DNA of 63,936 nucleotides, the filler included, from an uncultured bacterium (GTDB lineage Bacteria; CAYJRR01): assembly GCA_964372275.1 (NCBI GenBank). It is 3 parts of 3 records of this genome, joined end to end, with 100 filler letters (N's around TTAATTAATTAA, not from the genome) between each part and the next. Parts side by side here need not be neighbours in the genome. Positions count along the whole stretch, not along the records: positions 1 to 24,735 come from CAYJRR010000069.1; positions 24,836 to 49,405 come from CAYJRR010000070.1; 1 more part is not named here. One strand, written 5' to 3'. Numbering within the stretch: the first letter of the stretch is position 1; each line of letters opens with the position of its first letter. Positions 17,333 through 26,445 of the stretch are shown here, one piece after another. The notes beneath the pieces are model-generated. The model saw nothing but the letters and a program-made list of their open reading frames with translations. It was not told where the DNA came from and ran no database searches. The position numbers were made by a program, and so were the translations under genes.

Positions 17333-20278
17333 TCAGGCCGCGCCGCCTCCCGGCAACGGTCGAACGGGGCGTCGCCAGCGGACCGTGCCGCCCAGGGCAT
17401 ACCCCTCGGTCGTCGCGAGGAGAAGCGCCGGAACGGCCGGATCCGACTCGATCGCGCGGCGCAGCTTCAGGACGGCGAGGTGCAGGCGGTTGTCGTGGCG
17501 CAGGCGGTGGTACTCCCGCTCGTTCCAGACCTCGCGCACGAGCTCCTCTTTCGTCGCGGTCCCCCCGCGCCGCGCCAGCGCCAGCAGCAGCCGGAAGAGG
17601 AGCGGCCTCTTGGCGAACGACACGACGCGTCCGTCCGCCATCCAGACGCGCGGACGGCGCTCGTCGATCCCCCAAGGCGTTCCGCCGGCGCCGGCGGAGC
17701 AGATCCGATCGACCGTGTCCTCCCCGAACCGGCGGCGGACGGCGTCGACCACCCGCCGGTCGACGAGGTCGAGCGTCACGGGCTCGCCGAGCAGCGCCGC
17801 CGCGCGCCGCGCCGCCACCGGCGCGACGGCCTCGGCCACCCTCGCCTCCAGCGCCGCCGGATCGGCCTCGAGCGCGGCCGCATGGAAGCGCGCCTCGCCC
17901 GCCAGACGCGCCGACGGAAGCTGGGCCGCGATCGCCGACAACCGGCGGAGCGCGGCCGGCAGACCGTCGCCGTTTCCCGCCAGGAGGAGATCGCACAGGA
18001 CGAGCAGCGCGTCGGCTTCGGCCAGCGCCAAGCCCGCCTCCCGCGCCCAGTCGACCGCCGTCCGCGCGTCGGCTCGCGCGCCGTCGGCGTCCCCGTCGAG
18101 GAACGCCCGCTCCGCCGCCACGCACCGGGCCAACACCCGCACCTCGACGTTCGAAGCCAGATCTCGTGGCGCCGGAAACGGTTGCGACGGGGTCGCACCA
18201 TGGCGGACCGCGTTCTGGATCTCCCACAGGGCGCGGAAGGCGCGGATCGTCGGATCGGGCGTGTCGTCGGGTGGATCGACCGTGAGCGCCCGGCGTCGGC
18301 CGAGGACCGTCGCCAGGCGCACCCGCATCCCGTCGGCCATGTCGCGATAGTTGCGATTTCCCATCCCCTCCGCATCGGCCACCGATCCGTTGAGGAAGTC
18401 GTCGAGGCCGTCGAGCGTCCCCTCGGCGAGCCGGATCGTCGCCTCGACCGAACGGGCCGACGCGCGCAGGAAGGACGATTCGGTCGCGAGCCGCGCCAGG
18501 AGGCGCCGGGCCTCGACCAGGCGCCCCCGGTCCTGCGCCAGATAGGTCTTCAGGTGCAGCGCCATCCGGCCGTGCGATCGAAACGGCGCCGACGGCCCCA
18601 GCGCGTCGAGGATGCCGTCGAGGACCTCGTCGGCCTCCGCGAGCAACGTGGCGTCGTAGAAGACGCGCGCGATCCCCCCGCCGACTTCGAGCCGCGCGTT
18701 CGGCGCGAGTCGAGGAAACGATGCGCGCAGCGTCCGGGCGATCGCCGTCGCCTCTCCCGTCCGGCCGAGGTAGGTGAGCGCTTGCGCCACCAGCGCGTCC
18801 CGGCGAGCCTCGTCGTCGATCGAGCGGGGGACGAGCCTCCCCGCGCGTTCGAGGATCTCCTCGGCCGCGCCCAGGACGATGCGGCACCGGCAATGGAGCA
18901 GTCCCGCCTCGAATCCGAGCGGCCCGCCGCCGGCCCCTTCCTGCACCCGCGCCGCCACCTCGGCCGCCCCTTTGAGGTCCCCCGAGAACCGGAGGGCGCG
19001 CGCCCAATGGAGACGATCGCCGAGGTCCTCGCCGGCCGGCCGGTCGATCCGGGCGATGGCGTCGGCCGTTCCGAGATCGACGGCGCACCGCAGGCGCGCC
19101 GAGGCCAGCGCCGGATGTGCCTCCCCGGCGAGCCGCTCCCACAGCCGTGGTCCGAACCCCTGGTCGAGCAGCCGTTCGATCCGGTCGTGGAGACCGCGTG
19201 CGGCCTCCTCCGGCCTTCCCGCGTCCAGCAGGAGTCGCACCCCTTCCACGACGGCCGCCGGATCGCCGGAGGCCGCCAGCGCCGAGCCCGCGCGTAGGCG
19301 CGCCGACTCGAACTCGCCGCCGCGCGCCGGCGGCAGGATCCCCCGCACCACGTCGTGCACCCGCACCCCGCCGCCGCTCGCCTCGATGAGCCCGCGCCGC
19401 AGCAACGAGTCGAGCGGCTCCGGAGGTTTCGCGATCGCCTCCAGCGAGGCTCGCGGCACCGGAACCTGCACCACCGAGAGTCGGACCAGGAACCGCCGCA
19501 GGTCGGGAGAGACGCCCAGCGCGGCCGCGTCCGCCGCCGAGGCCGAGGCGGACGCCGAATCCGTAGCCGTGGCCGTTGCCGAATCCGAGCCCGATTCCGA
19601 ACTCGCGTCCGAATCCGATCCGATCGCCACACCGCGTACCGCGATCCGCTGCAGCAGCCGCCACGGCGATCCCCAGGCCCCGCGCGCCGCGCGCGTCGCT
19701 TCGCCGATCGACAGACGGCGCGCGCGGCGCGCCATCCGCACCAGATCGGCATCGCGCATCGCCCCCAGCGGAATCGTCGTCCCGCTCGAGAGGGCGATCC
19801 CCGGATCGACGCGGCTGGTGGCGACGAGCCTCGAACGGCGCGCGTAGCGGCCGAACAGCGTCAGGAACGTGCCGACCGCCGCGGGGTCGGCGTTCTGCAG
19901 ATCTTCGACGAGGATCCACCACCGCTCCGATTCGGCGAGGTCGATCACCGCCGCGGCGACGAGTTCGGGGTCGGAGGCGAGGTCGGGCCAGTCGATGCGC
20001 CCCCCCACCGCCTGGCCCAGGACCCGCGCCGCCTCGAGGTCGGGACGCGCGCAACCGGGGCGGAGCGCGAGGAGCAGCACCCGCGGCACCTGCGAGGCGA
20101 ATCGCCGACGGAGCGTGTGCAGCGCCAGCGCCGTCTTTCCCACCCCTCCGAGTCCCCAGACGACGGTGACCGGCGATCGGCGCACGGCCGCGGCGAGGAG
20201 GGCGACCTCCGACGCGCGGCCGACGAACGCCGGCGGCGGGTTCGGCAAGCGGAACCGAAGCGGGATTCGCGGGCGCAT
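17333..20278 (-). CDS. STAND/NB-ARC-like ATPase with helical repeats and C-terminal OmpR-type winged HTH
   Basis: FVGR, Walker A GLGGVGKT, Walker B ILVEDL, LVATSR, GSP, VHDVVR; C-terminal ATKEELVREVW...LHLAVLKLRRAIE...EGYAL. Confidence 0.82.
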   Translation of the reverse strand: MRPRIPLRFRLPNPPPAFVGRASEVALLAAAVRRSPVTVVWGLGGVGKTALALHTLRRRFASQVPRVLLLALRPGCARPDLEAARVLGQAVGGRIDWPDLASDPELVAAAVIDLAESERWWILVEDLQNADPAAVGTFLTLFGRYARRSRLVATSRVDPGIALSSGTTIPLGAMRDADLVRMARRARRLSIGEATRAARGAWGSPWRLLQRIAVRGVAIGSDSDASSESGSDSATATATDSASASASAADAAALGVSPDLRRFLVRLSVVQVPVPRASLEAIAKPPEPLDSLLRRGLIEASGGGVRVHDVVRGILPPARGGEFESARLRAGSALAASGDPAAVVEGVRLLLDAGRPEEAARGLHDRIERLLDQGFGPRLWERLAGEAHPALASARLRCAVDLGTADAIARIDRPAGEDLGDRLHWARALRFSGDLKGAAEVAARVQEGAGGGPLGFEAGLLHCRCRIVLGAAEEILERAGRLVPRSIDDEARRDALVAQALTYLGRTGEATAIARTLRASFPRLAPNARLEVGGGIARVFYDATLLAEADEVLDGILDALGPSAPFRSHGRMALHLKTYLAQDRGRLVEARRLLARLATESSFLRASARSVEATIRLAEGTLDGLDDFLNGSVADAEGMGNRNYRDMADGMRVRLATVLGRRRALTVDPPDDTPDPTIRAFRALWEIQNAVRHGATPSQPFPAPRDLASNVEVRVLARCVAAERAFLDGDADGARADARTAVDWAREAGLALAEADALLVLCDLLLAGNGDGLPAALRRLSAIAAQLPSARLAGEARFHAAALEADPAALEARVAEAVAPVAARRAAALLGEPVTLDLVDRRVVDAVRRRFGEDTVDRICSAGAGGTPWGIDERRPRVWMADGRVVSFAKRPLLFRLLLALARRGGTATKEELVREVWNEREYHRLRHDNRLHLAVLKLRRAIESDPAVPALLLATTEGYALGGTVRWRRPVRPLPGGGAA
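19530..19626. repeat. Low-complexity 5-6 bp periodic insert in the STAND gene (SDSDASSESGSDSATATATDSASASASA)
   Basis: Recurrent gaatccga, ccgatc, gccgt and gccgag units. Confidence 0.6.
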
Positions 20279-20340
20279 CGAAGTCGATCGGCGATCCTAT
20301 GCTATCCTTGAGCCAGGCGCTCGAAGTACGCGTCCCCTCG

Positions 20341-22605
20341 ATGAAAAGGCTGGGCGAACTACTTCTCGAGGCAGGGCACCTGGACGACGCGGGGTTGAGC
20401 CGCGCGTTGGCCCACCAGGCGGCGACGTCGAAGCGGATCGGCGACTGTCTCCTGGAGCTGTCCCTCCTGACCGAAGACCAGCTGTTCGACACCCTGGCGC
20501 GCCAGCTCGAGATCCCGATCATCGCCGAAGGGAAGCTGATGATGGTCGACGTGCCGCGTCCGGTGCTCGACCTCCTGCCGCTCGAGACGGCGTGGGAGCT
20601 CCTCGCCCTGCCCCTCCTCGTCGACCCCTCCAAGCGATCGATCGCCGTCGTCACCTCCGAGCCGAACGACCCGCGCACCTCGGAGGTGATCCGCCGCCTG
20701 ACGCTGCTCGACACGGTGAAGCCCTACCTCGCCAAGCGCACCGCGATGCGGAAGATCCTCACCAAGCTCTACGGCCCCGAGCCGGCGAACGGGCACCTCC
20801 CGTCCAAGCGGTCCGGCGACAAAGGCCGTGGCGAGGACCTGGTCGAGCTCACCGACCTCCAGACGCGCGAGCTCCCCGCCGCCGCCCGCGCCGTCGCCGC
20901 GGCCCGCGCCCGCACCACGATCTCCGAAGACGCGGCGGTGACGGCGACGGTGCCCCTCGCGGGGACCGACGTCTCGACCAGCGGGCGTGGCCTCCGCGCG
21001 CCGCGACAACGCGTGATCCGGAGCGTGATCGTCGCCGATTCCAACCGCGCGCTCGCCACCGGCGTGAAGCGCACGCTGGAGACGGAGGGGTATCTGGTGG
21101 ACGTGGCGACCTCCTCCGACGAGGTCCTGACCGCGCTCCAGACGAAGTCGTTCGACCTGGTGGTGGTGAAGGGGGCGATCGCCGAGGACGTCGGCCATCT
21201 CGAACGCCGGGTCCGATCGCTCTACCCGATGACCGAATTCCGCGTCGTCCCGAGCTTCGCGACGGCGCTGATGGGGGAGCCGGTCCCCTACAACCGGCTC
21301 GCCGACTTCGCTTTCGACGGACTCGACCTGATGCTGTCGCTGGTCGCGCGAGGCGACGGCAACGAGCGATCCCGCGCCCACACCAACGGACACTACGCCA
21401 AGCTCGTGGCGCAGAAGCTCCTGCTCCCGCGAAAGGCGATCGACGAGGTCTTCCTCGCCGCCTTCGTCGACGCGTTGGGGGAGATCCTCGTCCGGCAGCG
21501 GGGCGGCGACCCGACCGACCGGTCGGCGGCGCGGCGCTCGGGGATCGACCTGTTCAAGTCGATCCATCCTCCGTACGACGTGGAGACGGTCCTGGGGAGC
21601 CTCGACGAGCGCGTCGACGGATCGGGACCGAAGGGCCTGGCGCAGGAGCAGATCCCGGTCGGCAGCCGGATCCTGGCGGTGGTGATGGGCTACCACGACG
21701 CGAAGGAGATTCCACGCGCGCAGATGCAGAAGTTCCTGCGCGAGATGGCGGGCAAGACGTTCGACTACCGGATCGTCGAGACCTTCCTCCAGATCCTCCG
21801 CACCGAGGAGATCCTGGGGAACCTGGAGTCGGTCGGGGAACCCAAGGCGATCGGCACGCTGCTGATCGCCGACCCGGATCGATCGCACGCCTCGAACCTC
21901 GAGGTCCGCCTGTCCGGCGAGGGATACAAGGTGGTGATCGCCGCCGACGGCGCCGCCGCGCTGGAGGCGGCGAGGCGCGACCCCCCATCGCTCGTGATCT
22001 CCGAGATCTCCCTTCCGAAGGTCGACGGATTCGACGTCTGCCTCGAGATGAAGCGCGACCCGAAGCTGGCCGCCGTGCCGTTCGTCTTCGTCTCGGGCCG
22101 AAACGACGAGCGGAGCTCCAACCGGGCCCTCGACATCGGCGCCGACGACTTCGTCGCCAAGCCGGTGAACATCGACTTCCTGCTCAAGAAGCTGCAGCGC
22201 TTCCTCGCCCGGTCGAAGCCGGCGGCGGCCGCCCCGTCGGGCGTGCAGGGGCGCCTGGCCGATTTCGGGCTGATCGAGCTGATCCAGACCCTCTCCCTCG
22301 GGATGAAGACGGTGAAGCTGGAGCTCACCCACGACCGGAACGGCGAGGCGTCGATCTACCTCGACCGCGGCCGGATCGCGCGCGCCTCCACCGGCACCCG
22401 GTCGGGCGAAGAGGCGTTCTACGAGATCGCCACCTGGGAGGACGGCGCCTTCCGGATCCTGAACGGACAGACCAACCACGACCCCAACATCGGCGTCTCC
22501 AACGACTTCCTGATCCTCGAGTCGCTGCGCCGCATCGACGAGTCGGCGGCCGGGATCCCGCAAGAGGGGAAGGAGGCGGTCGTCACCCGGCGGCCGCCGT
22601 CGTGA
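20341..22605 (+). CDS. MshEN - pseudo-REC - degenerate HD-GYP - REC - DUF4388 signalling protein
   Basis: RLGELLLEAGHL...LAHQ and RIGDCLL...LARQ (MshEN); ERVDGSGPKGL..IPVGSRILAV; REC with KP; VQGRLADFGLIELIQTL...GEEAFY..W.DGAF (DUF4388); alternative start 20299. Confidence 0.85.
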   Translation: MKRLGELLLEAGHLDDAGLSRALAHQAATSKRIGDCLLELSLLTEDQLFDTLARQLEIPIIAEGKLMMVDVPRPVLDLLPLETAWELLALPLLVDPSKRSIAVVTSEPNDPRTSEVIRRLTLLDTVKPYLAKRTAMRKILTKLYGPEPANGHLPSKRSGDKGRGEDLVELTDLQTRELPAAARAVAAARARTTISEDAAVTATVPLAGTDVSTSGRGLRAPRQRVIRSVIVADSNRALATGVKRTLETEGYLVDVATSSDEVLTALQTKSFDLVVVKGAIAEDVGHLERRVRSLYPMTEFRVVPSFATALMGEPVPYNRLADFAFDGLDLMLSLVARGDGNERSRAHTNGHYAKLVAQKLLLPRKAIDEVFLAAFVDALGEILVRQRGGDPTDRSAARRSGIDLFKSIHPPYDVETVLGSLDERVDGSGPKGLAQEQIPVGSRILAVVMGYHDAKEIPRAQMQKFLREMAGKTFDYRIVETFLQILRTEEILGNLESVGEPKAIGTLLIADPDRSHASNLEVRLSGEGYKVVIAADGAAALEAARRDPPSLVISEISLPKVDGFDVCLEMKRDPKLAAVPFVFVSGRNDERSSNRALDIGADDFVAKPVNIDFLLKKLQRFLARSKPAAAAPSGVQGRLADFGLIELIQTLSLGMKTVKLELTHDRNGEASIYLDRGRIARASTGTRSGEEAFYEIATWEDGAFRILNGQTNHDPNIGVSNDFLILESLRRIDESAAGIPQEGKEAVVTRRPPS

Positions 22606-22612
22606 CGGCGCC

Positions 22613-23419
22613 ATGAACCGCGACCTGCTGCGCGGATGGGGATGCCTGACGGCGCTGGTCGTCGCCATGCCGCTCCTGCTCGGCGCGATCTGGATCGCGG
22701 CCCTGGTCGCCGGCGGCATCGGGGCGGCGACGGTCGGACCTCCGCTCGCCATCGTCCTCTTCCTTTCGCTCGTGGTGGGCGGCGGCTACGCGATCCTGGA
22801 GGCGGCCCGGTACGTCGGCCGCGCCTTCCAGCGAGGATGGGATCGCAGTCCCTACGCCGGCAAGATCGAGGAGATCGACCGGCTCCTGGCCGAGGTGCGG
22901 AATCGGATCGATGCGGTGACCGGGGCCGACTACTCGGCGCCGCTCAATGCCAAGCTCCGGGTGCTGAAGGAGCGGGCGACCGAGATCCACGCCGGCCTCC
23001 TCGAGCTCGACCGCGAGCTCGCCGACCGCGACAACCGCAGCGGCCGGTTCGCGATTCGGGAGGCGCTGCTGCGCGCGCGCGCCTTCGTCGCGACCGGCGA
23101 GGTGAAGGAGGGGTTCGAACGCAACCTCCAGGCGCTGCACGAGGTGGGGGCCGCGCTGCGCCACGTGCGCGAACGGCGGGCGGCGCTCCTCGCCTCGCTC
23201 GACCGGGTGTCGCTGGGCTTGCGCGAAGTCCGCCTGCTCCTCGTCCCCGCCGCCCTCCCCGCCGACGCCCCCGCCGAGATCGGCCGCGAGCTCCAGTCGC
23301 TCACCGAGGCGCTCGCCGTCGACGAACGCGCCCGCCGCGAAGCCGAGGCGGCGGGCGCGCCGACGGCGCCGGCCGCCGCGGAGGGCGCGAGGACCGCGCC
23401 TCCGAAGCAGACGGTCTGA
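22613..23419 (+). CDS. Hypothetical membrane protein (2 TM plus coiled-coil)
   Basis: Two hydrophobic N-terminal helices, then a helical region; 7 bp after the preceding stop. Confidence 0.65.
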   Translation: MNRDLLRGWGCLTALVVAMPLLLGAIWIAALVAGGIGAATVGPPLAIVLFLSLVVGGGYAILEAARYVGRAFQRGWDRSPYAGKIEEIDRLLAEVRNRIDAVTGADYSAPLNAKLRVLKERATEIHAGLLELDRELADRDNRSGRFAIREALLRARAFVATGEVKEGFERNLQALHEVGAALRHVRERRAALLASLDRVSLGLREVRLLLVPAALPADAPAEIGRELQSLTEALAVDERARREAEAAGAPTAPAAAEGARTAPPKQTV

Positions 23420-23443
23420 CGCACTCACCTCGCCGGATCTCCG

Positions 23444-23854
23444 CTACAGGTCGCGTGGACGCAGGTTCCGCTGCATCCAGTCGACGATCTGCTCGGTCGA
23501 GGCGCCGGGGGTGAAGATCTCGGAAACGCCGCGCGTCTTGAGCTCCGGGATGTCCTCGTCGGGGATGATTCCGCCACCGAAGACGGCGACGTCGCCCAGG
23601 CCCTTCTCGCGCAGAAGGTCGACCACCATCGGCATCAGCGTCATGTGCGCGCCGGAGAGGATCGACAGCCCGACGGCGTCGACGTCCTCCTGCACCGCCG
23701 CCGCGACGATCATCTCCGGCGTCTGGTGCAGGCCGCTGTAGATCACTTCGTACCCCGCGTCGCGCAGCGCGCGCGCGATCACCTTCGCCCCGCGGTCGTG
23801 CCCGTCCAGCCCCGGCTTGGCGATCAGGATCCGGACCTTTCGGGAGGTCGTCAC
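23444..23854 (-). CDS. Methylmalonyl-CoA/isobutyryl-CoA mutase small (B12-binding) subunit
   Basis: [13 protein letters not shown] (DxHxxG), [16 protein letters not shown]. Confidence 0.93.
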   Translation of the reverse strand: MTTSRKVRILIAKPGLDGHDRGAKVIARALRDAGYEVIYSGLHQTPEMIVAAAVQEDVDAVGLSILSGAHMTLMPMVVDLLREKGLGDVAVFGGGIIPDEDIPELKTRGVSEIFTPGASTEQIVDWMQRNLRPRDL

Positions 23855-23924
23855 GGCCGTGATTCTTCCCTTTCGCCCGCCGGCCGGCAAGGTCCCGGAC
23901 GTCCGGACGGCTCCGGCGCCCGGG

Positions 23925-24735
23925 TCAGAACACGGCCGGTTCGCGGTAGGCGCCGTACGCTTCGCGGAAGACGTCGCAGATCTCCCCGAGCGTGGCGTAG
24001 GACTTCACCGCCTCGAGGACGTACGGCGTCAGGTTCTCCGGGCCGTCGGCGGCACGGCGGAGCGCCTGCATCGCGCGAAGGTGCCGGGCCGCCTCGCGCT
24101 CCTTCCGGATCCGGCGGGTCCGCTCGATCTGGCGGCGCTCCACCTCCGGGTTGATCTTGAGGAGCGGGACCTCGACCTTCTCCTCGGTCGCGTACTTGTT
24201 GACCCCGACCATCACCTTCTCGCCACGCTCGAGCTGCCGCTGGAACCGGAACGCGGCCTCGGCGATCTCCCGCTGCGGATACCCCCCCTCCACCGCGGCG
24301 ATCATCCCGCCCATCGCCTCGATCCGGTCGATGTAGGCCATCGCCTCCCGTTCCATCCGGTCGGTGAGCGCCTCCACGAACCACGATCCCCCGAGCGGGT
24401 CGACGGTGTTCGTGACGCCCGTCTCCTCGGCGAGGATCTGCTGCGTGCGGAGCGCGATCGTCACCGCCTCCTCCGACGGAAGCGCCAGCGTCTCGTCGAG
24501 CGAATTGGTGTGGAGGCTCTGCGTCCCGCCGAGCACCGCCGCCAGCGCCTGGATCGCCACCCGCACCACGTTGTTCGTCGGCTGCTGGGCGGTGAGAGAG
24601 ACCCCGGCCGTCTGGCAGTGGGTGCGCAGCATCCAGGAGCGGGGGTTCCGGGCGCCGAAACGATGCCGGAGCTGCTTGGCCCAGATCCGGCGCGCGGCAC
24701 GGAGCTTGGCGATCTCCTCGAAGAAGTCGTTGTGC
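23925..24735 (-). CDS. Methylmalonyl-CoA mutase family large subunit (5' truncated at contig end)
   Basis: [51 protein letters not shown]. Confidence 0.93.
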
Positions 24736-24835
24736 NNNNNNNNNNNNNNNNNNNNNNNNNNNNNNNNNNNNNNNNNNNNTTAATTAATTAANNNNNNNNN
24801 NNNNNNNNNNNNNNNNNNNNNNNNNNNNNNNNNNN
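24736..24835. other. Artificial contig linker
   Basis: N-run + TTAATTAATTAA (stops in all six frames) + N-run. Confidence 0.97.
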
Positions 24836-25328
24836 CCGCGAGCGGAAAGTACCCGGCGCGCAGACAGTCGTCCTCCTCGACCGGCGGAACGTAATCGAGT
24901 TGCTCGATCGTCGGTGGTCCGCCGACGGCCGGATCGGTCAGGTCGCCCGCCGCCCCGGTGGAGAAGGCCGTCGTCGCCACCTCCCCGATGCCGGCCGAGT
25001 CGACCACCTGCGCGGTGTACGCGGCGCCGGGATCGAGGGGATCGTCGGGCCGAAAGATCCAGGTCCCCGCCGGCCCCGCGAGCAGCGCTCCGGAAACGGC
25101 CCCCTCCCCGTCTTTGGTCAGCGTCACGATCGGGTCGTAGGCCGAGTAGGCCGGCGACGTCCCGAAGGCGATGACGCCGTTGGTCGGGTGGCCTGCGCTA
25201 CCGTGGGCGGGGAGGATCGCTTCGACCGCCGACGGTTCGGACGGACAGTCGGCCGCTGCGACGCCGGGAATGGCGACGATCGCGGCGAGCGCGACGGAGA
25301 TCGCGATCCGTTCGTGTCTGTCCGGCAT
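24836..25328 (-). CDS. Secreted Ig-like (Big_5/SbsA-like) domain protein (3' truncated)
   Basis: Signal peptide MPDRHERIAISVALAAIVAIPGVAAA; PAHGSAGHPTN, FRPDDPLDPGAAYT, FSTG. Confidence 0.65.
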
Positions 25329-25360
25329 CGCGGTCAGGATCGAGCGCCGGCCGACGGGTG

Positions 25361-26389
25361 TCAATCGGCGAGCACTCCGGCGGCGGGCATGGAACGGGCC
25401 GCCACGACACACAGGAGAAGCCCCCAGACGAACAGCCCCGTCCATGCCCACGATACCGTCGGATCGACGACGTTTCGGAACGGCTCCCCTCGGTAGCGAC
25501 GCGCCTTGTCGCCAACGTTCCCGACCGGCTCGACGCGCTCCGCGATGCGGTAAGCGTCGATCGCTTCCGCCCGTCGTCCGGCGAGATCGAGCGCGTATCC
25601 GCGCAACAGCGCCGCGCGCGCGGCCAGGGCGCGGTCGGACGGCGGAACGGCCGCGGCCGCCTCGAGCTCGCGGAGCGCGGCCCCGACCTCGCCCGCGCGT
25701 GCCCGCTCGGCGGCACCGACGAGCGGCGGTGGCCAGCGGACGCCGTCGTCGATCCAGGACTCGGCGCGCGCGCCGGGCGCTGGGGAGAGGAACATCGCGC
25801 AAAGCCCGACCGCCGATGCGATCGCGAGAAGGCCCGACCCCGCCGCCAGCCACCGCCGTCGACCGAAGCGCCCGCGCCCGCCGTCCGTGGAGCCGGCGGC
25901 CGAACCTCCCCACAACCGCCGGGTGGTGAGCCCCCACAGCGCCGCCGCCAGCGCGGCGAGCACGCCGCCGACCCATCGCCCGCCGAAGTCGGGATCCCAA
26001 TAGGACACCGGCGCCGGGAAGACGCGGTCGGTCAACGGCCAGAGCACGCTGTAGGCGTCGCGGGCGTGCATCGCCAGGTCGGTCCAGACGTGGAGCGACC
26101 ATCCGACGACCACGGCCGTGATGAGCGGGCGCCGGAGAAGGATCGCCGCCAGGCCGGCCAGCGTCGCCAGCAGGAGGTTGTGCAGGACCTTCTGCGCCAC
26201 GAAGTTGGCAACCGGGTCGGACCACGCCGACAGGATCCCCGCCTCCCCGAGCCCGTGCGCGCGCAGACCGATCGCCAGCGCGACGAGATACGGCAGGTCG
26301 GGGACGACGCTCGCCGCCGCGGCGACGCCCGCGTGGCGCCGGCCCCCGAGCAGCCACCACGTCGTCAGCGGGTGGAGCGTCGTGTTCAC
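25361..26389 (-). CDS. Membrane-bound metal-dependent hydrolase (YdjM-like) with C-terminal TPR-like region
   Basis: N-terminal H, ASVVPDL, LHN, GWSLHVWTD..H, LWPL, SYWD; several TM helices. Confidence 0.65.
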   Translation of the reverse strand: MNTTLHPLTTWWLLGGRRHAGVAAAASVVPDLPYLVALAIGLRAHGLGEAGILSAWSDPVANFVAQKVLHNLLLATLAGLAAILLRRPLITAVVVGWSLHVWTDLAMHARDAYSVLWPLTDRVFPAPVSYWDPDFGGRWVGGVLAALAAALWGLTTRRLWGGSAAGSTDGGRGRFGRRRWLAAGSGLLAIASAVGLCAMFLSPAPGARAESWIDDGVRWPPPLVGAAERARAGEVGAALRELEAAAAVPPSDRALAARAALLRGYALDLAGRRAEAIDAYRIAERVEPVGNVGDKARRYRGEPFRNVVDPTVSWAWTGLFVWGLLLCVVAARSMPAAGVLAD

Positions 26390-26445
26390 GGAGACTCCAC
26401 TCTCTCATGGACCGCGGTACGCCTCCTTGATTACCTTCCCGCGCC

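Noticed and set aside
24736-24835. TTAATTAATTAA palindrome (also at 49450-49461)
   Set aside because: Six-frame stop linker between contigs; gene adjacency across it carries no information
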